DNA of 40,118 bases, taken from contig JAJAZK010000027.1 of the NCBI GenBank assembly GCA_026785765.1, positions 1 to 40,118 on the forward strand, written 5' to 3'. A program made the position numbers and the translations under genes. Shown in pieces: positions 12,543 to 23,579 of this stretch. Positions within the stretch are counted from its first letter, which is position 1. Each line of letters begins with the position of its first letter. Below the pieces are notes generated by a model, which was given only the letters and a program-made list of their open reading frames with translations, had not been told where the DNA came from and searched no databases. Source of the DNA: Rhodoferax sp. (GTDB taxonomy: Bacteria > Pseudomonadota > Gammaproteobacteria > Burkholderiales > Burkholderiaceae_C).

Positions 12543-13955
12543 TTACCCTTTCAGGGTTTGTTCCAGAACGTGCAACTGTTGGTTTAGCTCGGTCAGTTGC
12601 TGGCGCTCGCCGCCAATCTTGCGCACCGCGTGCAACACGGTTGTGTGATCACGTCCCCCAAACAACTCACCGATTTCAGGCAAACTTTTTTGCGTGAGTT
12701 CTTTCGCCAGGTACATCGCAATTTGGCGTGGTCGGGCAATGCTGGCAGGACGTTTCTTGGAGTACATGTCGGCGACTTTGATTTTGTAGTAGTCAGCGAC
12801 TGTTTTCTGAATGTTCTCCACGGATATCTGGCGGTTCTGGATCGACAAAAGGTCGCGTAACGCGTCACGCGCAAGCTGAATTGATATGTCTTTTTGATTG
12901 AACCGCGAATACGCCAGTATCTTACGCAATGCACCCTCAAGCTCACGCACGTTGGAGCGTACATTCTTAGCCACGAAGAAAGCTACTTCCTCGGGCATTT
13001 CGGTACCTTCAGCGCGCGCCTTGTTGATCAGAATGGCGACCCTCATCTCAAGTTCGGGCGGCTCGATTGCGACAGTCAGACCAGAATCGAAACGCGACAC
13101 CAGGCGTTCGTGAATATCGGCAAGTCCCTTCGGATAGGTGTCACTGGTCATCACGATATGAGACTTTTTTGCCAGCAATGCTTCAAAAGCATTGAAGAAC
13201 TCTTCCTGTGTGCGCTCCTTGTTGGCCAAAAACTGCACATCGTCTATCAGTAATAAATCGAGAGAATGGTAGTGGTCCTTAAACTCGTCGAAGGTCTTGC
13301 GCTGGTAGGCTTTGACCACATCCGATACAAACTGCTCGGCATGGATGTAGAGAACTCGTGCAGTCGGTCGATTTGCCAGCAATCGGTTGCCGACTGCATG
13401 CATCAGGTGGGTTTTGCCCAAACCCACGCCGCCATAGATAAATAAAGGGTTGTACAACTGCCCCGGAATGTCGGACACATGCAAAGCGGCGGCACGCGCC
13501 ATCCGGTTTGCCGATCCCTCCACCAAGGTGTCAAATGTAAGATTCGAGTTGAGGCGGTTGCGCTGACCCAGAAGCGTCTTGTCGTGCACCAGATCCGGGG
13601 GCTCTTCAATTGGAAGACTCTCCGGCACGATCTGGTTGAATGATTGCCTTGCAATGGTTTCTCTGGGAGCAAGTGCTAACTCCAGGTGAATGGCTTGACC
13701 GTATATCTTGTCCAGCTTAGCTGCGATCCGGCTTCCATATTGGGTTCGGATCCAGTCCAGCTTGAAGCGGTTTCCAACCAGCAACGTCACTTTGGAAAAG
13801 TCGTCCGAGACGACTGCGGTCAGCGGTCTAATCCAGGTGTTGAACTGTTGCTCAGGCATCTCCTGAGCGAGTTGATCAATACAAGTGTGCCACAGTTCTT
13901 GTCCAGCGTTGGTGCCCGAGTTGCCCGACTTCTCGCCACGGAATGCGTCTTCCAT
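12543..13955 (-). CDS. dnaA: Chromosomal replication initiator DnaA
   Basis: [16 protein letters not shown] Walker A, LLIDDVQ Walker [12 protein letters not shown] domain IV. Confidence 0.99.
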   Translation of the reverse strand: MEDAFRGEKSGNSGTNAGQELWHTCIDQLAQEMPEQQFNTWIRPLTAVVSDDFSKVTLLVGNRFKLDWIRTQYGSRIAAKLDKIYGQAIHLELALAPRETIARQSFNQIVPESLPIEEPPDLVHDKTLLGQRNRLNSNLTFDTLVEGSANRMARAAALHVSDIPGQLYNPLFIYGGVGLGKTHLMHAVGNRLLANRPTARVLYIHAEQFVSDVVKAYQRKTFDEFKDHYHSLDLLLIDDVQFLANKERTQEEFFNAFEALLAKKSHIVMTSDTYPKGLADIHERLVSRFDSGLTVAIEPPELEMRVAILINKARAEGTEMPEEVAFFVAKNVRSNVRELEGALRKILAYSRFNQKDISIQLARDALRDLLSIQNRQISVENIQKTVADYYKIKVADMYSKKRPASIARPRQIAMYLAKELTQKSLPEIGELFGGRDHTTVLHAVRKIGGERQQLTELNQQLHVLEQTLKG

Positions 13956-13971
13956 CGTACCTACTCGCTTC

Positions 13972-14029
13972 TGTGGATATTGTCGCTTTTCGCGATAGTA
14001 AATTTTAGCTTATCTGGTATCTATCCACA
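13972..14029. promoter_or_regulatory. DnaA boxes upstream of dnaA
   Basis: TGTGGATAT at 13972-13980 and CTATCCACA at 14021-14029, each 8/9 to TTATCCACA. Confidence 0.7.
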
Positions 14030-14097
14030 AGAAATTCATGCACCACTCCCGGGCTTGCTGGAGCTGCGAAACCAGCTACAGAGTCAACCCAAAGCAG

Positions 14098-14126
14098 TTG
14101 TCGTCATTGCAAAAATTTGCCATAAT
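14098..14126 (+). promoter_or_regulatory. Sigma70-like promoter for the rpmH operon
   Basis: TTGTCG-17 nt-CATAAT, about 40 nt upstream of rpmH. Confidence 0.55.
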
Positions 14127-14163
14127 CACGGGTTAACCTGACTACAGCATTTAGGACCGCATC

Positions 14164-14298
14164 ATGAAACGCACTTACCAACCTTCAAAAATCCGCCGGG
14201 CTCGCACCCACGGATTTCTGGTCCGAATGAAGACGCGCGGTGGTCGTGCAGTCATCAATGCACGTCGGGCCAAAGGCCGCAAACGCCTGGCCGTCTGA
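14164..14298 (+). CDS. rpmH: 50S ribosomal protein L34 (absent from ORF track because of size)
   Basis: Hand translation [44 protein letters not shown]; AGGA RBS. Confidence 0.98.
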   Translation: MKRTYQPSKIRRARTHGFLVRMKTRGGRAVINARRAKGRKRLAV

Positions 14299-14339
14299 CG
14301 TCAAGGCGCATTTTAGCCGGGTGACCGGGCCGATGCCAG

Positions 14340-14774
14340 GTGCAGCGCCTCAAGTTCAGGAGCCAGTTTCAGGCGGTTCTGGCAGCTGACCGAGTTGCGT
14401 CTACTACCCACTTTGTGCTGCACCAGTGCAAGTTTCCAACGCTATTCGGCGCATCAGGCAAATCTCTTGAAACTGAGGTGGTGTTGCCTAAGGTCGTCGA
14501 AGTGTGGTTGGGAGCGATGGTGCCCAAGCGATGGGCCAAACGAGCAGTGACCCGAAACGCCATCAAACGGCAAATTTATACCGTGAGCCTCGAATACGAG
14601 AATGCCTTGCCATTTGCAGCATACGTGGTCAGACTGCGCGCCGGTTTCGACCGCACCCGCTTTATCAGTGCTACTTCAGACGCGCTTAATGTCGTTGTAC
14701 GGGCTGAGTTGCAGCGTTTGTTTGCTGCAACCGTGACGCGCCCATTGGCAGCGCCGGCAAACGGTGGTCCATGA
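14340..14774 (+). CDS. rnpA: Ribonuclease P protein component
   Basis: RLK...F N-terminus and KRAVTRNAIKR motif; follows rpmH. Confidence 0.9.
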   Translation: MQRLKFRSQFQAVLAADRVASTTHFVLHQCKFPTLFGASGKSLETEVVLPKVVEVWLGAMVPKRWAKRAVTRNAIKRQIYTVSLEYENALPFAAYVVRLRAGFDRTRFISATSDALNVVVRAELQRLFAATVTRPLAAPANGGP

Positions 14775-15046
14775 TGATTGCGAAACTGTTGGTCGCGTTG
14801 GTACAGATGTACCGGCTTTTTTTCCGCTCGTGGCTTGGCAGCAATTGCCGCTTTGAGCCGACCTGTTCAACGTACGCACTGGAGGCGCTGCAAACGCACG
14901 GCGCCGCAGGTGGCAGCTATCTGACACTGGCGCGCCTTACGCGTTGCCACCCATGGTGTGACGGAGGCGTTGATCCGGTCCCCGTCCAACGGCCGCGGTT
15001 GTTTTCGCGCTTGGTTGCGACCTCCACTGAGAAGACCTCTTCATGA
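14771..15046 (+). CDS. yidD: Membrane protein insertion efficiency factor YidD
   Basis: CRFEPTCSTYA and RCHPWCDGGVDPVP motifs. Confidence 0.93.
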   Translation: MMIAKLLVALVQMYRLFFRSWLGSNCRFEPTCSTYALEALQTHGAAGGSYLTLARLTRCHPWCDGGVDPVPVQRPRLFSRLVATSTEKTSS

Positions 15047-16773
15047 ACGATATTCGCCGAACCATCCTGTGGGTGATTTTTGGCTTCTCCATGGTACTTT
15101 TGTGGGACCAGTGGCAGATCCACAATGGGCGTCAACCCACGTTTATTCCTGCACCCCCCAAGGCAGCCGTGGTAACTACTCCGCCTATGCCATCGTCTAC
15201 TGCCGGAGTGCCGTCAGTCAGCAGTGCGGTTCCGGCCACCGCGCCGGCTGCGTTGCCTTCCGTGCAATCGGTGCCGGTTACGACAGCGGCACCAGCCACG
15301 GCGCAAGCGAACCTCCTGGTCGTGAGCACCGATGTGCTCAAACTCACGTTTGACAGCGAAGGTGGCTCCCTGGTGCGCACCGAGTTCCTGCGCCATCGCG
15401 ACATGGCTGACAAGGCAAAAAACTTCGTTTTGCTCGACAACAGCCGCGAACGCGTGTACGTGGCACAAAGCGGCTTGATCGGTGGGGTTGCCGGCGCGGT
15501 GTTTCCGACCCACAAGACGGCGATGGTGGTGGAGGGCGCGCGCGATCTCAACGATGGCGAAAACGAATTGGTCGTTACCTTCACTTCGGCCGAGGTGGGC
15601 GGCGCCAGGCTGGTGAAGAGCTACATCCTCAAACGCGGGTCCTATGCAATGGCGGTCAGGCACACGGTGAGCAATGTCTCCGGCACCCCGATTGAACCGC
15701 TGCTGTACCTGCAACTGGTGCGCGACGGCAACAAACTTGCCGGTGAGTCCGCTTTTTATTCGACCTTCACCGGTCCCGCCGTCTACACCGAATCGAAGAA
15801 ATACCAGAAAGTCGAATTCGCCGATATCAAGAAGAAGAAAGCGGATTTCGAGAAACAAGCTTCCAACGGGTATGTCGCGATGGTGCAGCACTACTTTGCC
15901 AGTGCCTGGGTGCTGCCCGACGGCGTCAAGCGGGAGATTTCCCTGGACGCGGTGGACATCGGCGCTGCGGTGGGCGACTGCTGTTACCGCGCCACCATGA
16001 TCACCCCGATGGATGCGCTGGTCCCCGGAGCCTCCAAAACGGTAGAAGCCCAGCTGTTTGCCGGCCCCCAGCAGGAGAAGATGCTTGAAGCCCTGACCCC
16101 AGGACTCGAACTCGTCAAGGACTACGGCTGGCTCACCATTCTGGCCAAGCCTTTGTACTGGTTGCTCGATGAGCTGCACAGCATGATCCAGAACTGGGGC
16201 TGGTCCATCGTCGGCCTTGTGATTTTGCTCAAGATGGCCTTCTACTGGCTCAACGCCAAAGCCTATGCAAGCATGGCCAAGATGAAGGCCGTCAATCCAA
16301 AAGTGATGGAGATGCGCGAACGTCTGAAGGACAATCCGCAACAAATGCAGCAGGAAATGATGCGGATTTACCGGGAAGAGAAAGTCAACCCTTTGGGTGG
16401 CTGCTTCCCCATCATGGTTCAGATCCCGGTGTTCATCGCCTTGTACTGGGTTCTGCTGTCTAGTGTCGAGATGCGCAATGCACCCTGGATACTCTGGATC
16501 CATGATCTGTCATCACCCGATCCCTACTACATCATGCCGTTGGTCATGACTTTGACAACGCTGCTGCAGACCGCGCTCAATCCGACCCCGCCCGATCCAT
16601 TGCAGGCCAAATTGATGTGGTTCATGCCACTGATTTTCTCGGTGATGTTCTTTTTCTTCCCGGCCGGACTGGTGTTGTACTGGATCACGAACAACATTCT
16701 TTCCATCGCACAACAATGGTTGATCAATACCCGCATGGGCGTTCCGCCCCAGTTCAACCTGCCCAAGTTCTAA
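15043..16773 (+). CDS. yidC: Membrane protein insertase YidC
   Basis: DYGWL, NWGWSI, NPLGGCFP and PAGLVLYW motifs; conserved synteny. Confidence 0.97.
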   Translation: MNDIRRTILWVIFGFSMVLLWDQWQIHNGRQPTFIPAPPKAAVVTTPPMPSSTAGVPSVSSAVPATAPAALPSVQSVPVTTAAPATAQANLLVVSTDVLKLTFDSEGGSLVRTEFLRHRDMADKAKNFVLLDNSRERVYVAQSGLIGGVAGAVFPTHKTAMVVEGARDLNDGENELVVTFTSAEVGGARLVKSYILKRGSYAMAVRHTVSNVSGTPIEPLLYLQLVRDGNKLAGESAFYSTFTGPAVYTESKKYQKVEFADIKKKKADFEKQASNGYVAMVQHYFASAWVLPDGVKREISLDAVDIGAAVGDCCYRATMITPMDALVPGASKTVEAQLFAGPQQEKMLEALTPGLELVKDYGWLTILAKPLYWLLDELHSMIQNWGWSIVGLVILLKMAFYWLNAKAYASMAKMKAVNPKVMEMRERLKDNPQQMQQEMMRIYREEKVNPLGGCFPIMVQIPVFIALYWVLLSSVEMRNAPWILWIHDLSSPDPYYIMPLVMTLTTLLQTALNPTPPDPLQAKLMWFMPLIFSVMFFFFPAGLVLYWITNNILSIAQQWLINTRMGVPPQFNLPKF

Positions 16774-16808
16774 GGCGCCGCGACGGCGTCCGCCCGGTGT
16801 AACTCAGC

Positions 16809-18227
16809 ATGCTGCCGCTCTTGACCGATCCGATTGCGGCGATTGCCACGGCACCGGGCCGCGGTGCGGTTGGCATCGTGAGGGTATCGGGCGCCGATGT
16901 CTCCGCCATAGTGGCCGCTGTCTGCGGGCGCGTGCTCCAGCCGCGCGTGGCGACCTACCTCGCTTTTCTCGATGGCGACGGCCAAATTGTTGACCGCGGC
17001 CTGGCGATTCACTTTCCGGGGCCGCATTCGTACACCGGAGAGGACGTGCTTGAGCTGCAAGGACATGGGGGTACGGTGGTGCTGAATATGCTGCTGGCGT
17101 GTTGCCTGCAGGCCGGCACCCCGATTGGTTTGCGCATCGCGCGCCCCGGCGAGTTCACCGAGCGTGCCTTCCTGAACGGAAAGATGGACTTGGCGCAGGC
17201 TGAGTCAGTGGCGGACCTGATCGATGCCAGTACCGAATCCGCAGTTCGTAGCGCCAATCGCTCTCTGTCAGGTGGTTTTTCGGCAGAAGTCAACCAACTG
17301 CTGGACTCCCTGACGCGCCTACGCATGCTGGTTGAGGCCGCTCTGGACTTCCCCGAGGAGGACGTTGACGTGCTGCTGCAGAAGGATGTCGCGGGGCGGC
17401 TGATGGGCTTGCGGGCCCAGATTGAGGCAATCCAGGACAACGCCCGGCGTGGCTCGCTGTTGCGCGACGGTATCCGCGTGGTCATTGCCGGAGCGCCAAA
17501 TGCCGGGAAATCGTCATTGCTCAATGCGCTGGCTGGTGCCGAGCTGGCGATTGTTTCTGCCCACGCCGGTACCACCCGGGACAAGCTGCAACAGACTATT
17601 CAGATCAGTGGCGTACCGGTTCATGTGATCGATACAGCAGGCTTGCGCGACAGCGACGATGAGATCGAACGTATTGGCATAACACGCGCCTGGAGCGAAA
17701 TCGAGAGCGCCGACGCGATCATCCTGCTGCATGACCTCACCACACTGGCTCCTGACCGACTTGCCAGCGGACGGCCGCTGTGCCGAGCCGATGCGATGCA
17801 GGCGTCGGGCAATATTGCCAGCCAACTGGCGGTGCGTCTGCGTGGCGATGTTCCGGTGGTCGACGTCTGGAACAAGCTCGACGCTGTGGGCGTGCAGCCG
17901 CGACTCGCCGCTGGCCATGCGCTGGCCTTGTCCGCCAAGACCTTGCAAGGGCTCGACGGCTTGCGCGCCGTGTTACTGCAACTCGCCGGGTGGCAGGCTG
18001 GCGCGGAGGGTTTGTACATGGCGCGCCAGCGCCATATGTCCGCTTTAGCGACTGTCGCAGGCCATTTGTCGGGCGCGACCACGTATTTGCGCTTACAGGT
18101 GCCAACACTGGACTTGTTGGCGGAAGAGCTGCGATTGGCGCAAAATGCCTTGGGGCAGATTACGGGAGCGTTTGGTGCCGATGACCTGCTCGGAGCCATT
18201 TTTTCAAAGTTTTGCATAGGAAAATGA
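16809..18227 (+). CDS. mnmE: tRNA modification GTPase MnmE (TrmE)
   Basis: [24 protein letters not shown] and C-terminal FCIGK. Confidence 0.96.
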   Translation: MLPLLTDPIAAIATAPGRGAVGIVRVSGADVSAIVAAVCGRVLQPRVATYLAFLDGDGQIVDRGLAIHFPGPHSYTGEDVLELQGHGGTVVLNMLLACCLQAGTPIGLRIARPGEFTERAFLNGKMDLAQAESVADLIDASTESAVRSANRSLSGGFSAEVNQLLDSLTRLRMLVEAALDFPEEDVDVLLQKDVAGRLMGLRAQIEAIQDNARRGSLLRDGIRVVIAGAPNAGKSSLLNALAGAELAIVSAHAGTTRDKLQQTIQISGVPVHVIDTAGLRDSDDEIERIGITRAWSEIESADAIILLHDLTTLAPDRLASGRPLCRADAMQASGNIASQLAVRLRGDVPVVDVWNKLDAVGVQPRLAAGHALALSAKTLQGLDGLRAVLLQLAGWQAGAEGLYMARQRHMSALATVAGHLSGATTYLRLQVPTLDLLAEELRLAQNALGQITGAFGADDLLGAIFSKFCIGK

Positions 18228-18288
18228 CGGGGCCCGATCAAGTTGCCGAGCGCCGGGCGTTTTGCTCCCACGAAAGGAGGCCGCCGCC

Positions 18289-18780
18289 ATGACTTCGCAG
18301 TACGCATCGCCAAAAAAACTTGAAATTGCCGCTTTGCTGGAAGCTATTGCCAGCAATCCTTCCGACCAGACGTTGGGCCACATGTTGACCCGGCCACAGT
18401 GGGAGGTGCTCAGCGGTTACATGCAAGCCAGTGTGTTGGCGCCTGCGCAGATCCTGATTTCGCAGGGAGCGGAGGACCGAACGCTGTACTTTATCGAGTC
18501 GGGCATGTTGACCGTGCATTTCGAGGACCAGAGCGGGAAAATCCGACTGGCAACGGTGAGCGGGGGCTCGGTCGTCGGTGAAGGCGGATTCTTCTCCTAC
18601 ATGGCGCGCAGCGCTACGGTTCAGGCCGGCAATGCCTGCAAGTTGTGGGCGCTGACGCCGATGCGTTTTTCCGAACTGTCCAATCGCCATCCCACGGTCG
18701 CGCTGGCCCTGGCAATGGCGCTGGGAGCCATCATGGCCAAACGCGTAGTGAGTAATCGCAGGAAAATCGAGATTACCTGA
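18289..18780 (+). CDS. Stand-alone cyclic-nucleotide-binding domain protein (no obvious HTH)
   Basis: LISQG...LYFIESG...VGEGGF...RSATV cNMP-fold signature; AAGGAGG RBS before ATG 18289. Confidence 0.82.
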   Translation: MTSQYASPKKLEIAALLEAIASNPSDQTLGHMLTRPQWEVLSGYMQASVLAPAQILISQGAEDRTLYFIESGMLTVHFEDQSGKIRLATVSGGSVVGEGGFFSYMARSATVQAGNACKLWALTPMRFSELSNRHPTVALALAMALGAIMAKRVVSNRRKIEIT

Positions 18781-18799
18781 AACCTGGAACAGCCCTTTC

Positions 18800-19354
18800 T
18801 CAGTGGCCGGCAAAATCGACCAGAGTGAAAAGGGGTAGCCCGGCTGATCGAAGCTTGGCGGATCCGCCGAGTTCGGGCAGGTCCACAATTGCGGCGCCCT
18901 CCATTACGGTAGCCCCGAGCTTCTCCAGCAGCTTCTTGCCAGCCATCATCGTGCCACCGGTGGCAATCAGGTCATCGATCAGCAACACCTTGTGGCCCGC
19001 TTTGACGGCGTCGGTATGCAACTCGACGGTGGCGCTTCCGTACTCCAGCTCATAGGTTTCCTCCACGGTCGTGAACGGCAGCTTGCCCTTCTTGCGAATC
19101 GGCACGAAACCCACGTTGAGCTCATAGGCGACCACCGCACCCAGGATGAACCCACGCGCATCGAGCCCGGCAACGATGTCCGGTCGCATGTGGGGATCCA
19201 TGTAGCGGTGCACGAAAGCGTCGATCAGGACGCGGAACACCTTGGCATCCTGCAACAAGGGAGTGATGTCCCGAAATTGCACGCCTGGCGCAGGCCAGTC
19301 CGGCACGGTCCGTATATGGCTGCGCAAGTAAGCATTGACGGTATGGTTTTGCAT
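18800..19354 (-). CDS. apt: Adenine phosphoribosyltransferase (start could be 19384)
   Basis: [29 protein letters not shown] and [13 protein letters not shown] motifs. Confidence 0.95.
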   Translation of the reverse strand: MQNHTVNAYLRSHIRTVPDWPAPGVQFRDITPLLQDAKVFRVLIDAFVHRYMDPHMRPDIVAGLDARGFILGAVVAYELNVGFVPIRKKGKLPFTTVEETYELEYGSATVELHTDAVKAGHKVLLIDDLIATGGTMMAGKKLLEKLGATVMEGAAIVDLPELGGSAKLRSAGLPLFTLVDFAGH

Positions 19355-19380
19355 GGGCGCTCGCCGGTGGGTATCGTGGG

Positions 19381-21369
19381 TCATTGTGCTCTTTGCAGTT
19401 TCTGCTCAGCCAGTGCCAGGTTCGCGGGGGTGCCAGACATCACCACGGTATCTCCATGTTGTACAAGGGTGTTGTCGTCCGGTACCAGGGTCTGGCCATT
19501 GCTACGTCGCAGGTTGACGACGCGGATGCTGATGGCATGCAGGGCCATCTGGGACAACGGTTTGCCGATGGACCTGGCACCCATCGGCACTGTAAACGAG
19601 GATAGCCGCTCGTGGTGCATTTCATCGACCGTATCGTCGTCCGCACCGTGGAAATAACCGCGCAGTAACTGGTAACGCGCGTCCCGTTGGTTCTGCACAA
19701 TCCGGATAACCCTGCGCATGGGAATACCGACCAGGGCCAGAGCGTGGCTCGCCAACATCAGCGAACCTTCGATTGCTTCCGGAACCACTTCCGTGGCGCC
19801 AGCCGTCTGCAGTTTTTCCAGATCGTGGTCGTCGCGGGTTCGCACGATCACGGGCACTTGTGGGGCGTGGGTGCGGGCGTTCGCCAGCACTTTCATTGCC
19901 CCCGGCACTTCGAGGTAGGTCACGACCACTGCACTGGCGCGCGCAAGCCCTGCCGCCATCAGGGCCTGCAGGCGCGCGGCATCGCCGAACACCACCGAAT
20001 CACCCGCGGCAGCGGCCTGGCGCACCCGATCCGGATCGAGATCAAGGGCCATATAGGGAATGCCCTCGCCTTCAAGAATGCGTGCCAGGTTCTGGCCGCA
20101 GCGTCCATAGCCACAAATAATGACGTGTTTGTTGGCATTGATGGACTTGCGCGCAATGCTGGTCATCTGCAGCGACTGCTGCAACCATTCACTCGACACC
20201 AGTTTCATTACGATCCGGTTGCTGTACAGGATGATGAACGGCGTGGCCAGCATCGACAATACCATGCTCGCCAGTATCGGATTGAGCAGAGCCGGTGGGA
20301 CCAACCCATTCTTCTGCGCCAGCGTTAGCAGGACGAATCCGAATTCACCGGCCTGGGCCAGGTAAAGGCCGGTTCGCACAGAAATGCCCCAGGAGGCGCC
20401 CAGCCCACGCGCCAGCACGGCAACCAGAACCGCCTTGAACAAAATCGGCACGGTCACCAGCAGCAACACCAGCGGCCAGCGTTCCAGCACCAGGCGCCAA
20501 TCCAGCAACATGCCGATACTGATAAAGAACAGCCCCAGCAGAACATCGTGAAACGGTCGGATGTCGGTCTCCACTTGGTGTTTGTATTCGGTCTCCGAGA
20601 TCAACATTCAGGAGACGAACGCCCCCAACGCCAAGCTCAGGCCAGCGAGCTCCGTCAACCATGCCAGACCGAGGGTGATCAACAGCAGGTTGAGCACAAA
20701 CAGCTCTTCGCTCTTGCGCCGGGCGACCAGAGTCAACCACCAGCGCATCACGTGTTGGCCCCCGACCAGCAGTACCGCAATCAGCAGTACCGCCTTCAGC
20801 GTGGCGATTGCCAGCGCGCCCATCAAGTCTTCACCGGCGGTCCCGAGAGCTGGGATCAGCACCAGCAACGGGACCACGGCCAGATCCTGGAACAACAACA
20901 CGCCCATGACCCGCTTGCCGTGTTCGGATTCCATCTCCAGCCGCTCCACCATAAGCTTTACCACGATTGCGGTGCTGCTCATAGCCAGTGCGCCAGACAG
21001 GGCAAGCGCGGTTTGCCAGCCTAGACTAAACACGCGGGGCGCCAGATAGGCCAACAGCAGGGTTGCTCCGGTGGCCAGCATCATCGTGAAAAAAACCTGG
21101 AAAAGGCCAAGTCCGAACACATGCTTGCGCATTGCGCGCAGTTTCGTCAGATTGAATTCGAGCCCGATCACAAACATCAGGAACACTACGCCAAACTCTC
21201 CCAGGTACCGGATAGCCTCGGAGTTTTGCGCCAAGGCCAGGGCGTTGGGCCCGATCACCACACCAACCACCAGGTAGCCAAGCATTGGTGGCAACCTCAG
21301 CGAGCGGCAGGCGACTACACCGAGCACCGCGGCCAGCAGGTACACCAATGTCAATTCCAGTGCGGTCAT
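19381..21369 (-). pseudogene. CPA2 (KefB/KefC/YbaL-like) cation:proton antiporter with TrkA-N/TrkA-C domains, interrupted by one in-frame TGA at 20608-20610
   Basis: The two ORFs are in the same frame and adjacent: LALGAFVS*MLISETEY versus family-typical LGAFxAGMLISET. FQDL, GEFGFVL and CGYGRCG motifs are intact. Could be a sequencing error. Confidence 0.75.
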
Positions 21370-21413
21370 GGCTGCATACTAGCAAGAGACGCGCCCGTCG
21401 ATAAAATGAAAGG

Positions 21414-22415
21414 ATGACGGTCAGCTTGCCAAACCCAGCATCGGACGCCGCGAAGCGTGCAACGGCCTTGGCGCAGGATACGTTCGACATCGAGGCGGCA
21501 GCGATTCTCGGACTCAGGCGCCGGGTCGGTGCGCCATTCGCAATGTGCGTGCGCATGGTGCTGGCGCTGTCAGGCCGGGTGATCGTGATGGGCATGGGCA
21601 AAAGCGGCCATGTAGCGCGCAAGATGGCTGCCACCTTTGCGTCCACAGGTACACCTGCCTTCTTCCTGCACACCGGGGAGGCAATTCATGGCGACCTGGG
21701 CATGGTGACTGCGACCGATCTGGTACTGGCCCTGTCCAACAGCGGCGAGTCGGTCGAGCTGGTGGCGATACTGCCGCTGGTCAGGCGCCTTGGTGCGCAG
21801 GTGATCGCCATGACTGGTAATCTGGACTCCACCTTGGCGCGCCACGCAGACCTGGTTCTGGATTGCAGCGTCGAGAAGGAGGCGTGCCCGATGAACTTGG
21901 CCCCCACTGCCAGTTCAATCGCGCAAATGGCGATGGGCGATGCATTGGCGGTGGCGCTGCTGGACGCGCGCGGTTTCAAGGCCGAGGATTTCGCGCGGTC
22001 GCATCCGGGCGGGGCCTTGGGCCGCAAACTGCTCACCCATGTGTGTGACGTGATGCGTACGGGTGCCGCAGTGCCACGCATCGGGCCAGACGGCGCGCTC
22101 GTGGACGTGATGCGTGAGATGGGCCGAAAAGGACTGGGTGCGGTGGCCATCACAGACGAAGACGGAACCATTCTGGGTATTTTCACGGACGGTGACTTGC
22201 GCCGCCTGGTCGAGCGGGGAGCGGATTTGCGCGACATGACGGCGGGCCAGGTAATGCACCGCGATCCGCGCACGGTCAGCCAGAATGCACTCGCGGTGGA
22301 CGCCGCGCAGCTGATGGAGTGCCACCGCATCACCAGCGTGCTGGTCGTGAACGACAAGGGTAGCTTGTGTGGCGCCGTCAACAGCAACGATCTGATGCGT
22401 GCCAAGGTCATCTGA
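21414..22415 (+). CDS. kdsD: Arabinose-5-phosphate isomerase (KpsF/GutQ family, SIS+CBS)
   Basis: GMGKSGH, HGDLG, EACPMNLAPT, HPGGALG and a CBS pair. Confidence 0.93.
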   Translation: MTVSLPNPASDAAKRATALAQDTFDIEAAAILGLRRRVGAPFAMCVRMVLALSGRVIVMGMGKSGHVARKMAATFASTGTPAFFLHTGEAIHGDLGMVTATDLVLALSNSGESVELVAILPLVRRLGAQVIAMTGNLDSTLARHADLVLDCSVEKEACPMNLAPTASSIAQMAMGDALAVALLDARGFKAEDFARSHPGGALGRKLLTHVCDVMRTGAAVPRIGPDGALVDVMREMGRKGLGAVAITDEDGTILGIFTDGDLRRLVERGADLRDMTAGQVMHRDPRTVSQNALAVDAAQLMECHRITSVLVVNDKGSLCGAVNSNDLMRAKVI

Positions 22416-22960
22416 TGCATGCGCGAATGCATTTCCCGGCGCAACTGTTGCTCAAGGCGCAGGGGCTCAGCGTGCTGATCCTTGATGTGGACGGCGTCAT
22501 GACGGACGGCGGTTTGTACTTTAGCGGGCGAGGCGAAAGCCTGAAGCGTTTTCATGTTCAAGATGGGTATGGGCTGCGGATGGCGCAGCGGTCTGGTATC
22601 GAGCCTGTCGTCATCAGCGGCCGCGACTCGCCACCATTGCACACGCGCCTGCGCGCGCTGGGGATCACGCAGGTGTTTCTGGACAAGGCCGACAAACTGG
22701 CGGCGGCGCAAAGTGCACTTGGCGCGCTTGGAAAACAATGGGCGGATTGCGCGGTGATCGGCGACGACTGGCCTGACCTTCCGCTGCTGCGGCGTTGTGG
22801 GTTTGCGGTGGCGCCTGCCAATGCGCACCAGGAAGTATTGGCTGCGGCAGACCATGTTACGGCCCACTGCGGTGGGAACGGAGCGGTGCGCGAGTTGTGT
22901 GACCTGTTGTTGGTCGCGAAGGGCTGTTACGGGCAACTTTTGCAGGACGCAGCGGCATGA
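22415..22960 (+). CDS. kdsC: KDO-8-phosphate phosphatase
   Basis: DVDGVMTDG HAD motif and GDDWPD; TGATG coupling to kdsD. Confidence 0.92.
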   Translation: MHARMHFPAQLLLKAQGLSVLILDVDGVMTDGGLYFSGRGESLKRFHVQDGYGLRMAQRSGIEPVVISGRDSPPLHTRLRALGITQVFLDKADKLAAAQSALGALGKQWADCAVIGDDWPDLPLLRRCGFAVAPANAHQEVLAAADHVTAHCGGNGAVRELCDLLLVAKGCYGQLLQDAAA

Positions 22961-23574
22961 TGCGAATGGTGTTGTCGGCATGGGACCGCGGGTCGCTCTA
23001 CCTGCCGATCCTGCTGATGGGCCTGCTTGCACTCGGCACCTATTGGCTGGTACAGGAAACCCCGGGGCCGATCGCGGCGGTAGTCGCAAAACCGCCCCGG
23101 CATACGCCCGACTACTTCATGAAAAACTTCTCGGTGCGCACCTTCCTGGATTCTGGAAAGCTCAAGAGCGAAGTCTTCGGTGCAAGCGCACGGCACTTCC
23201 CGGTCAACGACGTGCTGGAGATCGATGCCATCCGTATTCGCGCCTTCGATGAACAGGGACGCGTTACTACCGCCACGGCGATACGAGCGTTGACCGACGG
23301 TGAAGGCTCCGAAGTGCAACTGTTTGGCAATGCCGTGGTGGTTCGCGAGGCGATGATTGACGCCAGCGGCAAACTGTTGCCGCGGATGGAGTTCCGCGGG
23401 GAATACCTGCATGCTTTTCTGGATAACGAACGAATCACCTCTGACCGGCCAGTCGAGATCCGGCGCGGCAGCGATGTGTTCGTCGCCGACAGCCTGGATT
23501 TTGACAACGTTCACCAGGTAATGTTGATGCGCGGGCGGGTCCGGGGAACGATGGTGCCGCAGGCTGCGAAATAG
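22957..23574 (+). CDS. lptC: LPS export periplasmic protein LptC
   Basis: Single N-terminal TM, PDYFM motif, beta-rich body; follows kdsD-kdsC. Confidence 0.85.
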   Translation: MMRMVLSAWDRGSLYLPILLMGLLALGTYWLVQETPGPIAAVVAKPPRHTPDYFMKNFSVRTFLDSGKLKSEVFGASARHFPVNDVLEIDAIRIRAFDEQGRVTTATAIRALTDGEGSEVQLFGNAVVVREAMIDASGKLLPRMEFRGEYLHAFLDNERITSDRPVEIRRGSDVFVADSLDFDNVHQVMLMRGRVRGTMVPQAAK

Positions 23575-23579
23575 GCAGC

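Noticed and set aside
20608-20610. Alternative genetic code or selenocysteine at the in-frame TGA
   Set aside because: TGA terminates many genes here (rpmH, mnmE, kdsD, garD), and the expected residue is Gly, not Cys.
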